Source: Octopus bimaculoides
Taxonomy: Eukaryota
Assembly (NCBI RefSeq): GCF_001194135.2
Contig: NC_068995.1
Location: 38,390,690 to 38,453,687, forward strand
Reading direction: 5' to 3'
Length of the DNA: 62,998 bases
The notes under the pieces were generated by a model, which saw nothing but the letters and a program-made list of their open reading frames with translations, made no database searches and was not told the DNA's origin. The translations under genes were made by a program, and so were the position numbers. Of this stretch, positions 10,400-21,739 are shown in pieces; the stretch's first letter is position 1, and the number at the start of each line of letters is the position of its first letter.

Positions 10400-12060
10400 T
10401 GTTCTTACCCTTACAACAGAGAACATCATAATTGTTTTTAATAGTGTATGCATTACAAAGGGAATATCCCAGGGTGATAGTCTTTCTGAAATTCTTTTCA
10501 TTTTGGCACTGAATCCATTATCGTTGCTACTGCAGAAAACAAATGGTTACATGCTAGCATCTTCAACTGCCAGAAATATCAATTCCTTTGTAGACGACCT
10601 GAAGATTTATGCTAAACGTGTTAACAATACCAAACATACAACTGGAATTAATAACATTTTCAGCTGATAAAGGCATGGAATTTAGTCAAAAGAAATGCTC
10701 ATATTTGGTTATAGAACGAAGTAAGCCAGTCCCCCAAACCAAAAAACTGTGCATCAAAGATCTCTCTATCTCCCCACTTCCACACAAAGACTGTCATAAT
10801 TACCTTGGGATACACCAAAATGTATTATATGAAGTAACTGCGAATAAAGATAGAGTGAACAGAGAATATTACACCAAACATAGGAAAATGTGGCATTCGG
10901 AACAATATCCCACAATGCATTTGCAGTACCAGTGCTGATCCCAACATTTAGGATATTTGATTGATCTGTAGAGGAAATTCACTCCATAGATATCATAACC
11001 TGCAAAATCCTGACAAGAACTGGAAACTTCCACAGAAACAGTGTTTTTGACAGGGTCTACCTAAGAAGAAATGTAGTTGGTAGAAGTATGAAAGCTGTGC
11101 AGACGGCTAAATAACAGCAGCAAAAACAAATACATAAATGCAGAGCTGAATGTGAAGTGATCAACATTGTACGAACTGGCAGTGAATTCCTCAAGAAACA
11201 CTCTCTTCCTGATGATCTCCTTTAGAGTCCCAAAACAGTTGGGTTCTCTTACCTCAGACAGACCTGGATATAAAGCACTCAGCATACACATAAAAAGGAC
11301 CATGCATGTCTATGCTTCTGGGAAGATTATTGAAGACAGTAGAATTGACACGAAGCGCAGCCTCTATTGGACACAAGACCACTACATCACATCACAATTT
11401 GAAGGCTATGCGCTTTCAATCCAGGCACAGGAGATTGCTACAAAGTATATGATGAACAAGAGAGACAGTGACACTCTTGTAGTCCCGGGGTACGATCGCA
11501 TGTGTAAGCTATGGCATGGTTTTGTGGAAGACATGGTGCATATGATTAGTAGCTCTCCTAAAATCTCTTCACGGTACTACCTCCCTATGCGGAACGATAC
11601 ATTCATAAACAGCAACTCAAGGAATACTGGTGAAATATTCCCATCGAAACTTCTGTTATATGTACTCATAAAAGGCCGGATATTGGCGTTTTGGGCAAAG
11701 GTATGTATCATCATAGAGGTTAGCTTCACTGCAGATATAAACATCTCTTTGAAAATCAAAGAAAAAGAGAATATCTATGGTCAACTGCTTCGAAACCTCC
11801 AGACTATGAATTCATATTCATACCAATAATAATTGGAACACTAGATTTTAATGGAGAATCTGGATATACTGGGATTTTCAGAAAGAGAATCACACCGTTA
11901 ACTTCGTACATTATATGTGATTTGAACCGTAAAAATATGGAAGACTTTTCTGAAGTTCCAAATGTGAATTTGTCTGTATTAACTACATTCCCAAAGAGCC
12001 TTGTATCTTTGTTGGAAACTGGCTCTCACCTCAGTGGAAGACTTATAATAATTAAAAAAC
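10400..12060 (+). mobile_element. 5'-truncated, degenerate R4/Dong-clade non-LTR retrotransposon (RT plus RLE), family B
   Basis: KGISQGDSLSEILFILALNPLS, FVDDLKIYAK, FSADKGMEFSQKKC, NYLGI, FEGYALSIQAQEIATK, CCHC-like region, IIIEVSFTADINISLKIKEKENIYGQL; many stops and frameshifts. Confidence 0.9.
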
Positions 12061-13464
12061 GAGAGAAACATACATACATACTTACATACATACATACATA
12101 CATGCGCACACACACAAACACACACGCACACACACACATACACACACATATATATTGTGTGTGTTATGACGAGAGTTGTACAGTCGGGTTTAAGTATATT
12201 ATTACCAATTAAATATTTAGATATGTCTATCTAGAATTCCCTTTCGAAGAATTAATATGTTCACACAGAACGTACTCCGTACCACTCTAAACGTATTTAC
12301 GATATTAAACTAGCAGAGTAAACAATAGGGACGATCAACGCTGTCAAATATACCCTTGTCAACTCCTTGTCAACTACTCACAGTACACACAGCTTCTTTT
12401 AATTTATTGAAAGGCGTCAGTCCTCTTTCAGTTACATGGTTGTGGTCAGGGCCTTGCCACAACAGTATATATATATATATATATATATATATATNNNNNN
12501 NNNNNNNNNNNNNNNNNNNNNNNNNNNNNNNNNNNNNNNNNNNNNNNNNNNNNNNNNNNNNNNNNNNNNNNNNNNNNNNNNNNNNNNNNNNNNNNNNNNN
12601 NNNNNNNNNNNNNNNNNNNNNNNNNNNNNNNNNNNNNNNNNNNNNNNNNNNNNNNNNNNNNNNNNNNNNNNNNNNNNNNNNNNNNNNNNNNNNNNNNNNN
12701 NNNNNNNNNNNNNNNNNNNNNNNNNNNNNNNNNNNNNNNNNNNNNNNNNNNNNNNNNNNNNNNNNNNNNNNNNNNNNNNNNNNNNNNNNNNNNNNNNNNN
12801 NNNNNNNNNNNNNNNNNNNNNNNNNNNNNNNNNNNNNNNNNNNNNNNNNNNNNNNNNNNNNNNNNNNNNNNNNNNNNNNNNNNNNNNNNNNNNNNNNNNN
12901 NNNNNNNNNNNNNNNNNNNNNNNNNNNNNNNNNNNNNNNNNNNNNNNNNNNNNNNNNNNNNNNNNNNNNNNNNNNNNNNNNNNNNNNNNNNNNNNNNNNN
13001 NNNNNNNNNNNNNNNNNNNNNNNNNNNNNNNNNNNNNNNNNNNNNNNNNNNNNNNNNNNNNNNNNNNNNNNNNNNNNNNNNNNNNNNNNNNNNNNNNNNN
13101 NNNNNNNNNNNNNNNNNNNNNNNNNNNNNNNNNNNNNNNNNNNNNNNNNNNNNNNNNNNNNNNNNNNNNNNNNNNNNNNNNNNNNNNNNNNNNNNNNNNN
13201 NNNNNNNNNNNNNNNNNNNNNNNNNNNNNNNNNNNNNNNNNNNNNNNNNNNNNNNNNNNNNNNNNNNNNNNNNNNNNNNNNNNNNNNNNNNNNNNNNNNN
13301 NNNNNNNNNNNNNNNNNNNNNNNNNNNNNNNNNNNNNNNNNNNNNNNNNNNNNNNNNNNNNNNNNNNNNNNNNNNNNNNNNNNNNNNNNNNNNNNNNNNN
13401 NNNNNNNNNNNNNNNNNNNNNNNNNNNNNNNNNNNNNNNNNNNNNNNNNNTATATATATATACA

Positions 13465-13817
13465 CACATTCCATCATTATGGAATGACAACGAAAAAAAA
13501 TTATTTGGGCATATACCACGAACGGTGTCAGGAAAAGATAAAGCACAAATACTCTGCGATACGCTAATACACAGCCTGATGTAGACTAATAGATAGTATG
13601 TAGTTGTCAGGGAACACCATGAAACAAAATGACTTGTAACTGACGCATCAATCCCAACAGAGGACAATGTATCTCAAAAAGTGATTGTAGGATCTCTAGG
13701 AATGATAAAAAATGGTACTGAAACCTATTTGAAAATGATACCAGGCTTACCATCCCTACAGGAAGTGCAAAAAATCGTGTTAACTCGAACGACTCTGAGA
13801 AGAGAATTATCGCTGTC
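13465..13817 (+). mobile_element. R4/Dong-clade RLE C-terminal fragment, family A
   Basis: HYGMTTK, HIPRTV...QILCDT, DASIPTEDNVSQK, VIVGSLGMIK...LQEVQKIVL. Confidence 0.8.
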
Positions 13818-13828
13818 ANNNNNNNNNN

Positions 13829-13914
<86 letters not shown>
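13829..13914. repeat. (AAT)n microsatellite between two R4/Dong elements
   Basis: Seen directly. Confidence 0.97.
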
Positions 13915-13924
13915 TGTTATAATA

Positions 13925-15437
13925 AAATGAGGAAAACTAGTTAAGCGTAGCAACATCACACTAGATAAAGCCAATGAAATAAGAGAACTAGACGAAAGCC
14001 AGCCATACAAATATTTAGGAGTCGATTAACTAGATAGGATACAACACACACAAATGAAAGAAAAAATAAAGAAAGAGTAATATAGACGAGTTAGATCAAT
14101 ACTAAAAACAGAGTTCACTGCTAAAAACAAGATAATAGGTATCAGCACTTTAGCCGTCCCAGTTATAAGTTACAGCTAAATTATCCTTAACTGGACACTA
14201 AACGAACTATCTAAAGTAGACAGGAAAACAAGAAAAATAATGACAGTATCTAGGATGCACCACCGAAACTCTGACATAGAAAGGCTATATATACAACGCA
14301 CAGAAGGTGTTAGGGGTCTTATACAGCTGGAAAACTATTATAAAATAACCATCATAGGACTGCAAACATATCTACTTCAGATGCAAGGAAAACTAATACA
14401 AATAGTCACAAAACACGAGCAAAACAAAAAATAAAAACTGTTTTCAGTATTTAAGGAAGCTGACAAATACAAACATACTACCTAACAAATACGAAGAAGA
14501 AGAAGAAGAAGAAGAAGAAGAAGAAGAAGAAAAAGAAGAAGAAGAAGAAGAAGAAGAAGAAGAAGAAGAAGAAGAAGAAGAAGAAGAAGAAGAAGAAGAA
14601 GAAGAAGAAGAAGAAGAAGAAGAAGAAGAAATAAAATCCATAAAACAAATGAAATCCAAACTAAAACTAGAACAGCAATGGACCATGTTAAAACGATGGC
14701 AAGAAAAGCCCCTACATGGTAAATACTGGGCTAAACTAAACGTAAAAGAAATAGACAGAGAAAAACCCCAGCAATGGTTGAGAAGCTCAGGACTCAAAGC
14801 AAAGACTGAAAGTTTTTTAATTGCTGCACAAGACCAAAGCCTCCCCACCAGAAATTACCAAAAAATATATAATGAAAAGAAACATAACAAGTAACTGCAG
14901 AATATGTGGCGATGGACAAGAAACAGTAAATCATATTATCTCTGGCTGCCCAGTCCTGGCTAAGAAGGAATATATTCACAGACACGACAGAACTGGGACC
15001 TATATACACTGGAAGCTATGCCAACACTATGGAATGACAACAGGAAAAANNNNNNNNNNNNNNNNNNNNNNNNNNNNNNNNNNNNNNNNNNNNNNNNNNN
15101 NNNNNNNNNNNNNNNNNNNNNNNNNNNNNNNNNNNNNNNNNNNNNNNNNNNNNNNNNNNNNNNNNNNNNNNNNNNNNNNNNNNNNNNNNNNNNNNNNNNN
15201 NNNNNNNNNNNNNNNNNNNNNNNNNNNNNNNNNNNNNNNNNNNNNNNNNNNNNNNNNNNNNNNTATATATATAACATACAGAAAATTGTACTACTGGGCA
15301 CTGCACACATCCTACGCAAAACACTTTCAATACAGTAACCATAAAAGCATCACAGCAAACCACAACACATACCCAAGGCACACAGAGCTGCGCTCGGTAG
15401 TGAAGTGAAAGCACGTTATAAAAATAAAACTACTGAA
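13925..15437 (+). mobile_element. 5'-truncated R4/Dong-clade LINE, family A, with 3' UTR, followed by (AAC)n(AAT)n at 15438-15495
   Basis: YKYLGV, LAVPVISYS, DRKTRKIMT...HHRNSDIERLYIQRTEGVRGL, WQEKPLHGKY, ESFLIAAQDQSLPTRNY, CRICGDGQETVNHIISGCPVLAKKEYIHRHD, QKIVLLGTAHILRKTLS. Confidence 0.95.
14493..14630 (+). repeat. (GAA)46 expansion (one AAA interruption) inside the R4 ORF
   Basis: Seen directly; reads as poly-Glu in frame with the downstream IKSIKQMKSKL. Confidence 0.95.
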
Positions 15438-15496
15438 CAAAAACAACAACAACGACAACAACAACAACAATAATAATAAAAATAATAATAATAATG

Positions 15497-15665
15497 CCTT
15501 CCAAATCTTGGTGCAGTCGACAAGTCGATTTCTGTTTTTGACTTTTACTTAATTTTTCGGCCCCGAAAGGATGAATAGGGAATTCGATTCCGGCGAAATT
15601 TGAACTCAGAACGGAAAGATAAATGAAATCCTGCTAAACATTTTACCTGGCGTGCTAACGATTAA
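15497..15665 (-). mobile_element. tRNA-type SINE, degenerate
   Basis: Reverse complement contains GTTAGCACGCCAGG...GTTCTGAGTTCAAATTTCGCCGG...TTCATCCTTTCGGGG. Confidence 0.8.
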
Positions 15666-17568
15666 TAATAAATGCTCTTGTGAAATACCAGACAGTAGCT
15701 CCTCTGACCTTTGATTTTAACTGTGGAGATGTGTTATCATATACATGTTTTGTCTCGATATTAAAGACAGGCCACAGCAAATAGTCCGCTGAATACCATA
15801 GTCTTCCTCGCCAATTATTACAATACATATATATATTTCGAAGCTATAGGTCCATTGACGCTGTGGTACGAGTCCATGACAACTTATGAACACATCAAGA
15901 TTAGTTAGCTCCCCATTATATCTGTATCACTTTGGTAGTGAATTGGCAAGGAAGTTAGAAAGTAGGATAGGGTGCATTGCGCCAATCTTCTATTTTTCTG
16001 TGACATGTGTTCAAACACCAGCCAGATCTTTGTCAAATGTCATCAATCAATGTTCGTAAAAGAAGTCGCAAAACCAGTAATTCTCACTTTTCCTTTATCT
16101 TTGAAAATATTTGACCATGTAATTTCATGGAGACAGAGGAAGAAAGAGGGAGGAGTGAGATCGAGAGAAAAAGTAAGAGAGAGAGTGAGAGAATGAGTGA
16201 GAGAGAGAAATGTGCTCCGGCACACTCCAGCTTCACGAGACACGCAGTATATCACGGTAAAGCCCCTGCAACTCAAGAAAGGAAAGACATTAAGCATAGT
16301 ATTATTGAAAAATAAATTTTGTCGCATATAATCCACGAAATTTTTAACATTATATTTAAATCCAGGGCAAAAATTGACTACTTTAATTGTGCATTTGTAC
16401 CCACATTAATGCTAATCTATGCAACTCGGTAAAAAGTGCATCTAACTACCGTTATAGAGGAAAAAATCTATGCCGTGTTGTGTAAATGTGTCTTTCATTT
16501 AATCTGTAATCAAAGTTTCAGGCATTTATCCTTATTTCGGAGGTAGTGTATATTGATAATTTGAATGAATAAAACGTCGTATAGATTCATGTTTCCATAC
16601 TGGAGGAAGGATAAATTAAAGTTGAAATTTCAACTGTTTAAAGTCGTGATAATCTAAATTAACAGTGGTTAAAAATATCTATAATTTAGATTTCATGCCA
16701 ATTACTAATACTTTCAATGCGCTCGCCAATATTTTTCTACTTATAAATTGTTACATTCTCTACAAAGAATATGAAATTATAAAGTAAATGTACATATACT
16801 ATCCTAAATAACTGTAATTTTCACATGTATACCGGAACGAGTATTAAACATACAAATTACTCACTTGCAAACAATTTCGTATCAATTAACTAAGTGGTAT
16901 TAGGTATTAAAAAAATTAACCGTACCAAATTTTTACTGCCCAAAAGAACAATATATCAAATTATATTAGCAAACACACGCCACAACGCAAACGCAAATAT
17001 ATTCGATACAAAATTCTTCTTAGGATTTATTTCAAAATATATATTAACATATATATTACTTGTAGGACGCGTTTAAATTCCACGGAATGGAAATACTTAA
17101 CATGACTTTTTGAAGAAAGAAAGGATGATATACATTTTCATAGCACCTATGGTTTAGATTTCTTTAAGTATTCTTGACGTTTGTCTACATTCATTTTCTC
17201 ACGTCTCCGTCGTTGCATTTTTTTCCCACTTTTTATTATATATTGTCGCTGTTCCTCTGTGAACCGTGATTTATATCTGTGCATCCTTTCTCAAGCAACT
17301 TGCTACCATGATTCTTGTGAATCCAGATTTTAGGCTAAATTCACACATCTAAACAAATATCAATTTTTAAGCCAGCAGACAATAAATAATTGCACTTACG
17401 CGTATGCGATGGTTGATATAAAAAAAAGTGTTTTCAATAAAAAAAAACTTCTCAATCTCAACACACATACATACATGTATGTATGCATCTGTCTATCTAT
17501 CCATCTATCTCACTCGCCCTCTCTTTCTCTCTCTCTCTCTCTGTATATCTCTCCCCACCTGTGTGTGA

Positions 17569-17570
<2 letters not shown>

Positions 17571-17650
<80 letters not shown>
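17571..17650. repeat. (TA)n microsatellite
   Basis: Seen directly. Confidence 0.97.
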
Positions 17651-17655
<5 letters not shown>

Positions 17656-17659
17656 TATA

Positions 17660-18540
17660 TATTATTTTGCACTCTAAATGCACGCAACGTATCAGTGAAT
17701 CCCATATTAAAGTCGAACATTACAATAACCAAAACCGTCTATCAGTGTAATCGAATACATAGTTAAGACGCTAAAGATAAACTCATGATAAAACATGTCG
17801 TTCAATATGAATTGTTCAGTAGTCAATGGTGAGCAACAAGAGTAATTATTGCTCTTGTATTAGCAAAACGGGACTGGACAATTTCGTTGTGTCTATTCAA
17901 TTCAACCGTTGGGGAAAACTATCACTTAACTGTCACAAATGATATATTATATATAAGAAAATTACAGACGGTGTATTGTATTGGAAGTAAAACGTTTGAT
18001 GTCTAATAAATACAAACAGCTTAGCGGGCATGTGTATTGCATAACATGATTTTAATTTAGAATGACGTTAATTTGTGTGTTCGAACTTCAAAAGACATCA
18101 CATGTAGGTGCATAAAACATATGCATAGATAAGCATAATTTGAGAGAGAATAGATACAATCACGAAGAAAAGCAAAAATGGAAGACAGTAAAAAGAGAGT
18201 GAAAGAGAGAGAGAAGGTAAAAGAACAGAAACAAACAGACAGACAGACAGAAAAGCCCGACAGAGGGAGACAGACGAAGAGAGACCGTGATGAACAAATG
18301 AAGATAGATAGATAAATAGGAAGAAGCAGATAGATAGGTAGAGAGAGAGAGAGGGGATGAGTCGAAAGAAATACGCTCTATTTAAAGGCGTTACAGTATA
18401 GAAGTTAACACTTTGTACAACATTACTACGCGCATCTGAAAATCATAAACAATGCCTTATACATTTCAATAAAATCTATACTGCTACACCGATCTAGAGG
18501 TCGCACGATATTCGAAAACATACATGATGCGGCATGAACT
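17660..18540 (+). repeat. Upstream/promoter block of CR copy 2
   Basis: Paralogous to 3620-4615. Confidence 0.85.
18372..18440 (+). promoter_or_regulatory. Putative core promoter of CR copy 2 (TATTTAAA at 18379-18386)
   Basis: Conserved with 4455-4520. Confidence 0.4.
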
Positions 18541-18771
18541 TCCTTCTGTCCGCATTTCAAAAACATAGAACATCATTAGAAAGACAAGCTACCTTGGACT
18601 GTTTTAATTTAAACTTTCTTTTATTAATTTCTAGAGAAATTATTATATACACCGCCTATACGTCTCTTAAACAGTCTGTGTTATAATGTTATTAAGAGTA
18701 CCAGTGAATCAATCCTGCATGCTTCAAATATATTGAAGAAATATTCAGAAGGACGGAATATACGTGGAGAC

Positions 18772-18889
18772 GTTTAGTGCCATATCACGTTGGAAGCACC
18801 GGTTCTCGCCCGATCACCGAAGTTAAGCAGCGACGATCGTAGTTAGGACTTCGATGGGTGACCGCTTGGAAAACCTAGGTGCTGTAAAC
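18772..18889 (+). pseudogene. Full-length 5S rRNA-derived copy (retroposed; head of a chimeric element)
   Basis: GTTTAGTGCCATATCACGTTGGAAGCACCGGTTCTCGCCCGATCACCGAAGTTAAGCAGC...GATGGGTGACCGC...GGTGCTGTAAAC. 118 nt, recognisable metazoan 5S with box A and box C; no T4 terminator follows. Confidence 0.9.
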
Positions 18890-19298
18890 GCCTTTCAATC
18901 CTTAATGCGATGACCTGGCAGAGACGTTAGCACGCCTGGCGAAATGCTTCCCGGTATTTCGTCTGTCACTGCGTTCTGAGTTCAAATTCCGCCGAGGTCG
19001 ACTTTGCCTTTCATCCTTTCGGGGTCGATAAATTAAGTACCAGTTACGCACTGGGGTCGATATAATCGACTTAATCCGTTTGTCTGTCCTTGTTTGTCCC
19101 CTCTGTGTGTAGCCCCTTGTGAGCAGTAAAGAAATAGGTATTTCGTCTGTCTTCATGTACTGAGTTCAAATTCCACCGAGGTTGACTTTGCCTTTCATCA
19201 TATTGGAGTCGATAAATTAAATATCAGTTGCGTAATGGGGACGATCTAATTGACTGGCCCCTTCCCCAAATTTTGGGCATTGTTCCTAGAGTAGAAAA
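18772..19298 (+). mobile_element. Chimeric 5S rRNA plus dimeric tRNA-type SINE retroposon with 17-bp target-site duplication
   Basis: Exact direct repeat GAATATACGTGGAGACG at 18756-18772 and 19299-19315. The SINE part (~18903-19298) contains two copies of the TGAGTTCAAATTCC(G/A)CCGAGGT(C/T)GACTTTGCCTTTCATC body. Confidence 0.88.
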
Positions 19299-19367
19299 GA
19301 ATATACGTGGAGACGATTGACATCCCAGGAAAGAATTAAACGGACTATTTCCATATAATCATTCACC

Positions 19368-20534
19368 ATGAAATTGATAGTTGCCCTAATTTTTATATAA
19401 ATTAGAAGCGCTTCTACTGAAGAAAACGACTTAGAACATGCATGATTCAGTTACTATGGTTTATGAAAGACACCTGTTAATACGAATGAGACCGTCGTTT
19501 ACATAGATGTGGCACTTATAAAGAATATTATTAAATTAGACATTAAGCAAGGTATTTTCACAAGTAATCTTGTCCTCGGCCTAAAATGGAACGGCAATAA
19601 TCTAAAAGAAACGATTCATCGTATGGTATAAATCATATAAATGTTCCTGAATATAAGATTTGGTATTCTAATATTCAAATATGTAATAGCACATCAGGTG
19701 ATTTCAGTTCCGATGCGGACAAGGAAGTCACTGTCAAATCCGATGGGATCGTTCACTTACATATAGACAAAATATTTAAAACATACTGCAGGATTAACGT
19801 TAAAAATTATCCTTTTGATGAGCATGAATGTCATGAATCTGCTTGCCTTGAACATCAGATGTATATGGAGGAAACAGTAGGTGACTTTGAATTCGATATA
19901 AAATTAAAAACTAAATCAAATTAGTAGGATTTCTATTTTGAAGAGACTGAGATGGAAAAGGATGATGTTATAGCAGTTGGTCTTATAGTTTACGGCAAGA
20001 GAAAAGTTAGCAGTGCAACAATAAAAGAAATTATACCTCCAGTAATGTTAATATAAATGCCCCCTTCCTTTCATTTATTGCAAGCAGGCTCTGGAGTGTA
20101 AGTTTGTGTTGCAATAATTGTTTTTCTTACAAACATCGGTTTCCTTTCTGAAACTAAAAAAAAAACATATTGGGTAATAATTCTCAGGATCCCTCTTTAT
20201 ATATATTATATTTTTTAATTCTGACATTTGTCAGTAGATGTTCATCTATCGAATCGGTAATTGTGTGTAAACTTTATGCCCAACAAACTGGAGCAGATAT
20301 CAATTTAGCTCCATAAATAACACGAGAATCAAAAGGATCCAGAAATAGTGTTGGTGTCATAGGAAACCCAGATGAACAGAATATTAACGAAAAAGATATA
20401 AACCTTTCTAAAATACATTTTATAAAGTATCAGAAGATAGGCAAAATATTTTTGTCAACAATTGTTATATTCCTAGTAGTAATTTATACTATTTTTGCTT
20501 TGTCGAGTTCTTACTAAGGCTTAGAAAAGAGTAG
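19368..20534 (+). pseudogene. Intronless Cys-loop / chemotactile-receptor-like pseudogene, copy 2
   Basis: ATG 19368 MKLIVALIFI*IRSAS; WYSNIQICN; Cys-loop CRINVKNYPFDEHEC (19787-19831); M1-M4 recognisable (M2 VAIIVFLTNIGFLSET). Many stops (e.g. 19922, 19925) and frameshifts. Confidence 0.93.
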
Positions 20535-20640
20535 TCTGATACCATTCTAATAAATAATGAAAAAGAAAAAAGGCACCGGAAGGGCATTGCACACTTTGCG
20601 TACACAAAAACTTAAAACAAAATTTGATTAAAATATACAT

Positions 20641-20940
20641 TCTATCGAATCGGTAACTTTGTGTGTAAGCTGTATATCCAACAGACTGGAGCAGACATCA
20701 GTTTAACTTCAGAAATTACACTAGAATAAAAAGGATCCAGAAAAAGTGTTGTTATCATAGAAAACTCAGATGAACAGAATGTTAAAGTAAAAGATATAAA
20801 CCTTTTTAAAAGACATTTTATAAACTATCATCAAAAGCTGGAAAAAATTTTGTTGTATTCCTATTAGTATTTTATGTCATGATCGCTTTGTTGAGTTCTT
20901 TATGAGGCTCACAAATGTATACTCTGATATTATTCTAACA
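20641..20940 (+). pseudogene. Duplicated 3' fragment of the CR gene (end of M3 to M4 and the stop region)
   Basis: TCTATCGAATCGGTAA...GGATCCAGAAA...CAGATGAACAGAAT...AAAGATATAAACCTTT repeats ~20247-20550 with divergence. Confidence 0.88.
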
Positions 20941-21739
20941 AACGCAGATCTGTCGTTTGATTATGCTCAAAGTTGTTTATTTTGAGATCATTAAAAAGTA
21001 CTACTCGTTTTGTGGGGGTACAAAGTCATTGAAGAAAATAGTGATGGTCATTGGAGTTTATGTATATTATACATGCACTTTGTCTTAAGCCGGACGTCGA
21101 CATCATGTCACTCTCTTTATATCCTGTATGACAATTACTTAAGAAAATTTCCGAAAAAATAAAATGATTCGAAGACTTTCATTTTATCTTCAAATTCACA
21201 CAGGGGACATGATTTACAGAGAAGAAACAACAGCGTTGCCACCTTTGCCTCCTTTCATCGAACTCCCATCCTTCATCCCTCTTCCTCCCATTTTTCATAT
21301 ACTAGTACTTTACAACAGCATGTCACACCCATACGCAGATATATACTTCAAACCAACTATCTCTCTTATCCTCTTGGCTTTCCTTTTATTTCGCAATCGC
21401 CCTCACTCCTTACTCCTCATTCCCCGCTTACCACGTACACACCCGCACACATATCCACAAACGTTAACAGCTCAAATCCCTACTAATCTACATCGGTATT
21501 CTTTCTCACTTGCAAAGCTCTACACACAGAAACACCCCCCCAAAACACATATAAAGTTGCCCCATCACGCAAATTCCGAGGCAGCACTGAACATTTACTG
21601 TTCTTGTGCTGAAAGACTAATGCCACGATACGTTAAAACTTATACTTCTTACATTTAGGCGTTGTGTAAATGAATCATTCATTTCTTTTCATAATTTTTC
21701 AGTTGCACCTTGCAATATATTGTTATTTCACTTGTAAAA

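Noticed and set aside
11167-11829. 220-aa ORF as a host gene
   Set aside because: It is a frameshift mosaic of an R4-clade retrotransposon ORF.
12356-13667. Long ORFs of 300-425 aa in the ORF track (also at 24283-25656, 31552-33014, 42987-43505, 46187-46737, 51145-51910, 61180-61822)
   Set aside because: They are open only because they cross N-gaps and microsatellites.
17409-17766. YIYI/HTHT/CVCV/LSLS-type ORFs throughout the window
   Set aside because: Translations of dinucleotide and tetranucleotide repeats; no coding evidence.
18772-18889. Functional 5S rRNA gene
   Set aside because: Solitary, TSD-flanked, no T4 terminator, and unpaired substitutions in helices I and IV.
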